Source of the DNA: Octopus bimaculoides
Lineage: Eukaryota
Assembly (NCBI RefSeq): GCF_001194135.2
Contig: NC_068994.1
Coordinates: 12,032,283 to 12,075,647, forward strand
Length of the DNA stretch: 43,365 nucleotides
Direction of reading: 5' to 3'
A program made the translations under genes and the position numbers. The notes beneath the pieces were generated by a model, which searched no databases, was not told the origin of the DNA, and worked only from the letters and a program-made list of their open reading frames with translations. Shown piece by piece: positions 36,187 to 43,365 of this stretch; the first letter of the stretch is position 1; every line of letters begins with the position of its first letter.

Positions 36187-37227
36187 ATAAATGTATGTAT
36201 ATATATACATACACATACATATATACAAACATATATAAACGATGAACGTTCACGAAATAGTGACTAGTTTTGTTTTTTTTATTTAAATTTCTTCATTTCA
36301 TTATCTATCATTCATTTAACAAAATAAACTAAAAAATTGTTATCATGTATGTGTGTGTGTCTGTGTGTGTGTGTGTGTGTTTAAAGAATTTTGCAAAAAA
36401 AAAATCATTCTTGAAAGAAAATATAATTTGGAATAACACACAGAAAAAAAAACAAACATGAAGTTTTCATACAACGTAACTTTTTCCCATTTATTTCTTT
36501 AGTTATATANNNNNNNNNNNNNNNNNNNNNNNNNNNNNNNNNNNNNNNNNNNNNNNNNNNNNNNNNNNNNNNNNNNNNNNNNNNNNNNNNNNNNNNNNNN
36601 NNNNNNNNNNNNNNNNNNNNNNNNNNNNNNNNNNNNNNNNNNNNNNNNNNNNNNNNNNNNNNNNNNNNNNNNNNNNNNNNNNNNNNNNNNNNNNNNNNNN
36701 NNNNNNNNNNNNNNNNNNNNNNNNNNNNNNNNNNNNNNNNNNNNNNNNNNNNNNNNNNNNNNNNNNNNNNNNNNNNNNNNNNNNNNNNNNNNNNNNNNNN
36801 NNNNNNNNNNNNNNNNNNNNNNNNNNNNNNNNNNNNNNNNNNNNNNNNNNNNNNNNNNNNNNNNNNNNNNNNNNNNNNNNNNNNNNNNNNNNNNNNNNNN
36901 NNNNNNNNNNNNNNNNNNNNNNNNNNNNNNNNNNNNNNNNNNNNNNNNNNNNNNNNNNNNNNNNNNNNNNNNNNNNNNNNNNNNNNNNNNNNNNNNNNNN
37001 NNNNNNNNNNNNNNNNNNNNNNNNNNNNNNNNNNNNNNNNNNNNNNNNNNNNNNNNNNNNNNNNNNNNNNNNNNNNNNNNNNNNNNNNNNNNNNNNNNNN
37101 NNNNNNNNNNNNNNNNNNNNNNNNNNNNNNNNNNNNNNNNNNNNNNNNNNNNNNNNNNNNNNNNNNNNNNNNNNNNNNNNNNNNNNNTTATTCCAACAAA
37201 ATATATTTTGTTATAGACATAATGTGC

Positions 37228-37259
<32 letters not shown>

Positions 37260-37375
37260 ATGTATGTATGTGTGTGTGTATACACATTTAAGGAATAAAT
37301 TAATCTATAATAGTTACTCCCACAAAATATGTGTTTGTATGGATGCATGTAGGTATGTGTATTATATATGCATAT

Positions 37376-37700
37376 AGCTGTGTGGTAAGAAGTTTGCTTC
37401 TCAACTACAAGCCTTGTGACTGCTTTTGGTAGATGGAAACTGGAAGAATCCCGTTGTATATATGTATGTATGTGTGTGTGCATGTATCTTTGTGCCTGTG
37501 TTTTGTCCCTCCCCCCCACAGCTTGACAAGTGGTGTTGGTTTGTTTACATTCCATTACATTGCAGTTCAGCAAAAGAGATTGATACAGTAAGTACCAGGA
37601 TTAAAAAAACAAATACTGGGGTTGATTCGTTTGATCAAAATTCTTCAAGATAGTGCCCCAGCATGGCCACAGTCTAATGACTGAAATACATAAAAGAAAG
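37376..37700 (+). mobile_element. SINE family A, older variant with an internal deletion
   Basis: Head GCTGTGTGGTAAGAAGTTTGCTT, microsatellite linker, and tail CCCCAGCATGGCCACAGTCTAATGACTGAAA. Confidence 0.75.
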
Positions 37701-37717
37701 AAATAAGATATTATATA

Positions 37718-38680
37718 CAAGAGTTGGGTAAAATAATGAAAATACCACATTTTATTTAGCTATCTTTTCTATTGACTAAATAGCAAATTAAAAGCTATTT
37801 TTGTCTATGTATGTGTGTGTTCACATGCATTGTGTATGCCTTATGATTCATGATAAAGTTTTCTCTTTTCTTCTTTTCTTTTTGTTTCTGCATATATATC
37901 TAAATAACTTAAAAAGTGAGACCTTTCCAATTTCCAATGGGAACAAATTGTTGGAGCATAGATGGCTGGAACTTCATTCACTAAAATTGGTGACTTGTTT
38001 AATGTGCCAAGAAATACGGTCTCTAAAATTATGTTGGCATTCCAAAACCAATGTAAAACTAGCACTAGCAAGCATAATTCTGGCAGAAGACATAACTCAC
38101 AGAGAGGCTCCAGAATAACTAGGTGTATTGTGCCTAAAAACGATTGTACTATGGTAGCAAAAGTGTTAAAAATGTTCATTGTGAGCTTTATAAAGTTGAA
38201 TACCATTAAGCAGTTCCAATTGCTGAACCTTTCCTATCATCCATCAAGTTTGATAAGCACAAAATATGGTGTCTAGACTATCAGGAGTAGTCAATGGCTC
38301 AATGGAACAATGTCATCTCTGATGAATCAGCATTTCCTTTTGTTTCTACTTCAGATTGAGTTTATGTCTGGAGACAGCCCAAAGAAGCTTTCAACTCTAT
38401 TTGACTGCTACCATGAAGCAAAGAGATGACTCTTGATGATTTGGACAGCCATTTCACAGAATTTTTCTGGTTCTTTAGTTCTACATAATGAAGTTAATGC
38501 CAAAGCACATTTTGGCTGATCATGTCCATCTTACATCCTCAAGTATAATACTGTTTCCCTCATAGTAGCGCTTTCTTCCAAGTGATAATGCACCAATTCA
38601 CACAACTAAGGTAATTCAAAATTGATATAAAGAGCACAAAAGTGAAATAAACAACATGGATTGGCTCCCATAATCATGGA
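37718..38680 (+). pseudogene. Degenerate Tc1-family (DD34E-type) transposon: left TIR plus decayed transposase
   Basis: TA followed by CAAGAGTTGGGTAAAATAATGAAAATACC at 37716 resembles Tc1 termini. Translations give DLSNFQWEQIVGA*MAGTSFTKIGDLFNVPRNTVSKIM (paired-like HTH), SDES at ~38318, VYVWRQPKEAF and DNAPIHT at ~38584. Many stops and frameshifts; no right TIR found. Confidence 0.85.
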
Positions 38681-38806
38681 TTTTTTCACAGGAATTTTCA
38701 ATTGGCCGGATAACTGAAGAGATGTTGGCGTGGGCTCTCACCCTGGCATCCGAAACTCAGAGTTTTATCATGGCTACTGAATAAGTGTCACAGATTTTTA
38801 CAGATA

Positions 38807-38851
<45 letters not shown>

Positions 38852-38910
38852 TTCTACTCTAGGCACAAGGCTTCAAATTTTTAGGGAGGGTGCCAGTCAA
38901 TTAGATCTAC

Positions 38911-39270
38911 AGAGAAAGTTGTCATGGTGATACCTGCTCAGAGGCCTACACAAAGTTGCAGAAAGTGTATGGAGAGGAGTGTATAAGACACACACAAGTG
39001 TATGAGTGGTTCAGACGTTTCCAAGATGGCCTAAAATAGTGTCGATATTGATGAATATTCTGGGGGACCTGCAACTAGCAGAACTGAGAAAAACATCACA
39101 GATGTGCATGCAGCTGTGAGAGGAAATTGTCAAATCACCATCTGTGAGTTATCAGATGTGCAGATTTATTACAGTTCAGTTCAGTCCATTTTCATTGAAG
39201 ATTTGGCTATAAGATGCCTGTCTGCCTAGTTTGTACTAAAATTGCTTTCAGCTGACCAAAAAGACACTTG
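38911..39270 (+). pseudogene. Mariner transposase N-terminal (HTH) fragment
   Basis: GDTCSEAYTKLQKVYGEECIRHTQVYEWFRRFQDG / VDIDEYSGGPATSRTEKNITDVHAAVRGNCQITICEL...SSVQSIFIEDLAIRCLSA*FVLKLLSADQKD follows the mariner N-terminus up to the WVP-equivalent linker. One frameshift and one stop; truncated by SINE fragments on both sides. Confidence 0.85.
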
Positions 39271-39274
39271 GTCA

Positions 39275-39372
39275 GTAGAAAACACTTGCCTAAGGTAACA
39301 TGCAGTGGGACTGAACCCAGGACTATATGGTTGGAAAACAAGCTTCTTACCTCACAGCCATGCCTGCACCTA
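39275..39372 (-). mobile_element. SINE family A/B head fragment
   Basis: ACACTTGCCTAAGGTAACATGCAGTGGGACTGAACCC...CACAGCCATGCCTGCACCT. Confidence 0.75.
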
Positions 39373-39532
39373 ATTAGTTGCTAACAATAAGCTCACCACC
39401 TCATGACTATTTGTTATCGACATCTATCATTCCCTGATATGACTATTTATCACTCTCTATCTTTTCTACCATCATTTCACCCTAATTATTCTATTTCTAC
39501 CATCATGCTCTTGTTCCTTTCATCTTTCTATA

Positions 39533-40268
39533 GGGCTTTCCTATAAGTAGGTTATCTCCCTTGGCTAGGCGGCGCTCCATGTAGACAATTAAACTTCCGC
39601 AGACTATCCACGCCATTGTTATTGTTTTACGTGTTATCATGGATATAAAGCAGCTCGATGATTCAACTATCGAAGTACTTACTGTGCCTGAGTTAAAGAA
39701 ATATTTAAGATTATATGGACAGTATGTTACTGGAAGAAAGGCGGACTTGACTGAAAGGTTGAAAGATATAAAAATTCTGTCGATGAAGAATGTCAACAAA
39801 GTAAATTCATCGGACGATACTTCAGACAGGAATAAGCAGAAGCTTATATCTCCTCTCGGTGAAGTATTGCCTGATCTGAATCTGCTTTCGGCAGATTGGA
39901 CTAAAGATCTTTGTAAGTTGCCGAATTTCACAGATAATGACATTTATAATTACCTCGTGCTACGGATGAAAGCAAAGCAACAGTTAAGGAGTGGCATATT
40001 TTACCACGACAGACACGTACACAGCATCGAATACCACGATGTGAGTGAAAGCTGCTCTCACTGTATTGTCCGGTGTCTGGTAATCCCTTCAATACCGACA
40101 TCAAACCAAAAAAAGAATCCTGACCACAGAGTGTGGGTAATTATGTCAAAGGTCACTGGCAATGTGCATTCTGCTGATTGCAACTGTTAAAGCAAGTCAC
40201 TGAGCATGCGTACATGTCATATGGGAGAGTTCCAATCAGGGATGGATAACAACCTTATAGGAACCCCC
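39533..40268 (+). mobile_element. Internally deleted, non-autonomous TIR DNA transposon, probably ISL2EU/PHIS group
   Basis: Left end ATAGGGCTTTCCTATAAGTAGGTTAT versus reverse complement of right end ATAGGGGGTTCCTATAAGGTTGTTAT (21/26 identical). TATA lies immediately outside both ends (39529-39532, 40269-40272). It encloses the SAP ORF. Confidence 0.75.
39639..40190 (+). CDS. Transposon-encoded SAP-domain protein with a truncated SWIM-like region (ISL2EU/PHIS accessory, YqaJ-type protein N-terminus), 183 aa
   Basis: Uninterrupted ATG-TAA ORF. LTVPELKKYLRLYGQYVTGRKADLTERL fits the SAP consensus. WTKDLCKLPNFTDNDIYNYLV...CIVRCLVIPS...HRVWVIMSKVTGNVHSADCNC matches, from memory, the segment leading into the SWIM finger (CxC...CxH) of ISL2EU-associated YqaJ proteins. 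The ORF stops right after CNC. Family assignment is by recall, not by HMM search. Confidence 0.7.
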   Translation: MDIKQLDDSTIEVLTVPELKKYLRLYGQYVTGRKADLTERLKDIKILSMKNVNKVNSSDDTSDRNKQKLISPLGEVLPDLNLLSADWTKDLCKLPNFTDNDIYNYLVLRMKAKQQLRSGIFYHDRHVHSIEYHDVSESCSHCIVRCLVIPSIPTSNQKKNPDHRVWVIMSKVTGNVHSADCNC

Positions 40269-40269
40269 T

Positions 40270-41443
40270 ATACTGTATCTTTTGTCATCACTCACCATTC
40301 TCCTCATCTTCTCAGTCACATTGTCTTGAGCAAATAAACATAGAACAATAAGGACTCTTTAGTTTTATGGGATACAAGCAGCTTCACTAGTTAGTGCCTC
40401 AGCTTTGTCCAGTGTTCAGTAAACAAGTGAATACAACCAAGAGTTGAGAGGACTCTTTTGCCTTGTTGAGGACATGATGACCTCTCTAGTGTTGGTGCTA
40501 TTCTATACCACCAATCACAACACCCACTCGTCCAAGTCATTCAGTTGACTTTCTTGTCACCAACCTTTTTTTGAAGCTGTTCCCCACTCTCTCTCTCTCT
40601 CTCTTCCTATTCACCACCATATACTCCTCCTCCGCCTTCTCCAGACACTTCTCACATACTGGGTTCGTTGCTTCGGCATTTTGCTCCTGCTCGTTACCCT
40701 GTTGCTGTTGTTCCTTTTCCCCTTTATCATCATTCTGGGGACACTTTGCTCTCATGTGTCCCCTTATGCCACACTGGTAACATGTTGGAGGTCTTCCCTC
40801 CACCTTTACATTCTCTGGTAGTATTACCTCCTCCACTACCTTGTGCAAGTCTTGTAAACTGACTTGGACGGCCACTTCGAGGCCGTAGCCCAACCAGTTT
40901 ACCTCTTTCATCCTTGTCTCTTTCAACACCTTCATGTCCTCCTCCATATTATACAGGATGGCTGCCACCAGCCACGTCTCCTCAATCTCCGGGGGTACTC
41001 TGCCAATCCTTACCCTGGCCACTCGTTTGCCACAGTAAGTTGGCAGAAGTACCCACTCTGGTGTCCGTAGTGCCACAGTGGAGTAGTTTATCGCTTCTTG
41101 TTCACTGTGCTGTATTTTCTTCCTCTCGTGTAAAATGTGAGGTTTTTTACCTCCTCTATAGCCTGTACTGTGGCTATTTCTATTCTTTTCAATGTCGTGG
41201 ACAGCGTTCTATCACCACTGTCTGCTTCATCATGCTCGCTGTTAAATTTTCTGGTGATGTCAATCTCAAACTGGTTCCATCTTTCTCTACGAGTCTGTTG
41301 AACTCCTTCAACTTCCTCTGTGCCATCTTTATCTCTCGTCACTGCAACATGTCAGCTGTCAAACTTCTTCCATTGGCTGAAGCATAGCTGCCAGCTGGAA
41401 CTGGTACGCACTCCATTCTCTGCTTCTTGACTACTTCACCCAT
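40270..41443 (-). pseudogene. ORF1 (gag-like, CCHC zinc knuckle) relic of a non-LTR retrotransposon, probably L1/Tx1 clade
   Basis: Three frame-shifted segments: ATG at 41443 (MGEVVKKQRMECVPVPAGSYASA...), ORF 41088-41342 and ORF 40537-41076. The last has YCGKRVARVRIGRVPPEI, then VEGRPPTCYQCGIRGHMRAKCP (CX2CX4HX4C) and an E/K/Q-rich tail. No ORF2 is visible. The clade is inferred from ORF1 architecture. Confidence 0.7.
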
Positions 41444-41729
41444 GAACAGGGAAGAAAACAATTGTAATTTCACAGACAACAATTCAACAGTTTAACAATG
41501 ATATTCAACCAGTAAGTTCACCCTTATGGGACACCTTCAACAAGTATATAACTATTTAACTCACAGGGATCAAAAATGATTAAAAAAACACCAAAAATAG
41601 CTTGCTGAATGACATTGCTGACTGTGTCAGTCCACTATTAATTAGTAGTGGACCAGTCCACTTCTCACCTGGGGGCATCCATCACAACATACATATACAT
41701 ACATATAAATATATATGTGTATGTATAAG

Positions 41730-41790
41730 TAGCGTCCCAACATGGCTACAGTCTAATGACTGAAACAAGTAAAAGGTAAAATATAAAAGA
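41730..41790 (+). mobile_element. SINE family A tail fragment
   Basis: CCCAACATGGCTACAGTCTAATGACTGAAACAAGTAAAAG. Confidence 0.7.
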
Positions 41791-42250
41791 TAAAATTCAC
41801 CATGAAAATGTAGTGTTTATTAGACAGATGTGCAAAAGTGAACAAGAAAGAGTAAGTTTTATATAAACAACAGGCTGAATGTAGATAGAGAGGAACAGGA
41901 AGAGGATTGGTGTGAATGAATTCTAGGAGTAGGTGATTTCAGAGGTTAGTTACTTAAGGGGAATGATGAATACGAGAAAGAAAGAATATGCTTCTTAGAG
42001 AGAAACATATTGGTGAAATGTTGCTTGCTTTTCATTCTTATTCATGTCACTCTTCTATTATTCTGCTGTCCAACCAAAATATGCCATGATATAACTAGTT
42101 GAAGAGTGTGCAGCACTTAACTAGCATGCCTATAATATACATCCTGGCAACACTTGATACCCAATGATGACTTCAGAAATTAACTGTGGCTGCTAATTTA
42201 GATTTTGTTTGATTTAGTAGAGTTTAACAAGTGTTCACTGTATGCATGTA

Positions 42251-42455
42251 CAAGGTTGACCAAAAGTCAATTGATAGTAAATTAAAATCATTGAATTCCA
42301 AGATCTATTTATGTTCAACAACTGAATGGATTTAATAAAAGCATCTAAATATGAAACATCTTGAGCAATACATTTTTCCATTCGAGTCAAAAGAGAATTA
42401 CAAATAGTGTTTATAGAATTTTGATTTACTATCGGGTGACTTTTGGTCAACCATG
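42251..42455 (-). mobile_element. Tc1/mariner-type MITE (205 bp)
   Basis: TIRs CAAGGTTGACCAAAAGTCA and CATGGTTGACCAAAAGTCA (reverse complement of the right end), extending imperfectly to ~36 bp. TA TSD at 42249-42250 and 42456-42457. The interior on the minus strand reads ICNSLLTRMEKCIAQDVSYLD, like a transposase C-terminus. Confidence 0.85.
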
Positions 42456-42782
42456 TATGTATGTATGTTATCAATCAATTTCATTTCTGTATTTCTTGTC
42501 CATAGATTCAAGGCTCCTTCATTGGAACTTTTATCAACATCATCTAGGTATTTGTGCATATGTGTGTGTGCGCAGTATTTGTATGTTTGTTTTATAGATG
42601 CGTTTTTATATATATATTTTCATGTCTAGATGCATGCATGTGTATTTATGTGCTAAATTTTTGTATGTATGTATGTATGTGAACTAACAGAGATAACAGT
42701 GTCCAGTGGTACGAATTTGGCTAAGTCATGAAGAAAGTTATAACACGACACAAGATAATTTCTGGATATGATGGTTTTAAAT

Positions 42783-42986
42783 TTTGGCACAAGGCCAGCA
42801 ATTTCAAAGAGGAGTTAAATGGATTACATCGACTGCAGTACTAAACTGGTACTTATTTTATAGATCCCCCGGAAAGGATGAAAAACAAAGTCGACTGCGG
42901 CGGAATTTGAAGTCTGAACGTAAAGACAGACGAAATGGCGCTATGCATTTTGTCTGGTTTGCTAACGATTCTGCCAGCTCGCCACC
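42783..42986 (-). mobile_element. SINE family N, near full length (tRNA-like head plus Nin/Deu-like central domain)
   Basis: The minus strand reads GGTGGCGAGCTGGCAGAATCGTTAGC...GTTCAGACTTCAAATTCCGCCGCAGTCGACTTTGTTTTTCATCCTTTCCGGGGGATCTATAAAATAAGTACCAG. The CCTTTCATCCTT...GGGGTCGATAAAAT..GTACCAG core resembles the Nin/Deu domain as I recall it. Confidence 0.8.
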
Positions 42987-43334
42987 TTAAATTTCTTGAC
43001 ATACTGAAAATATCTTTGCTTCGAGAGAAAGTAAACAATCACCTAGTGGAAATTGCAACACACTAAAAATCAAAAGGGGAGATAATCTCATAGAACCAAC
43101 AGTCTCTTGTATTAACAGACACACATACATTATATATGTGTGTGTGTAAAGCTTCATTCACAGTATTGTCATATAAAATCTTTTAATTGAAGCGTAAATC
43201 CGAATTCTGATAGACAAAGAAAAAAGGAAGTAAAAGGAAAAAAAAATTTGATTTAGAATTATTTATTTAAGGTTTCCTCGAATAAATTGCGTCGTTTGAT
43301 CAACAAACGCTAAAGTGCGTGTTTGTGTGTTAGT

Positions 43335-43365
<31 letters not shown>

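Noticed and set aside
36499-37287. 262-aa ORF in the track
   Set aside because: Almost entirely N.
39503-39943. 146-aa antisense ORF
   Set aside because: Shadow of the SAP ORF on the opposite strand; it crosses the element boundary and has no motif.
40914-41387. 157-aa plus-strand ORF
   Set aside because: Antisense shadow of the LINE ORF1 relic.

Overview
AT-rich, microsatellite-rich eukaryotic DNA with several N gaps, and no host gene that I can support. The interspersed repeats resemble those I recall from Octopus (cephalopod) assemblies; this taxon call is an inference, not a search result. Most of the window is intergenic or intronic sequence carrying at least five SINE-like families, labelled A, B, C, D and N here as working names. 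It also holds small MITEs (piggyBac-type, Tc1/mariner-type and two unclassified kinds) and two decayed Penelope-like GIY-YIG fragments. A nested transposon cluster at 37.7-41.5 kb contains a Tc1 transposase pseudogene, a mariner fragment and a zinc-knuckle LINE ORF1 relic. The most notable element is a ~740-bp TIR-bounded DNA transposon (39533-40268) that appears inserted into the LINE relic. It carries an uninterrupted 183-codon SAP + SWIM-lead-in ORF resembling the ISL2EU accessory protein, but no transposase. By eye the window also alternates between CpG-depleted and CpG-retaining blocks that hold different SINE families. Nearly all ORFs in the supplied track are spurious products of repeats or low-complexity DNA. 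Boundaries of degenerate repeats are approximate.
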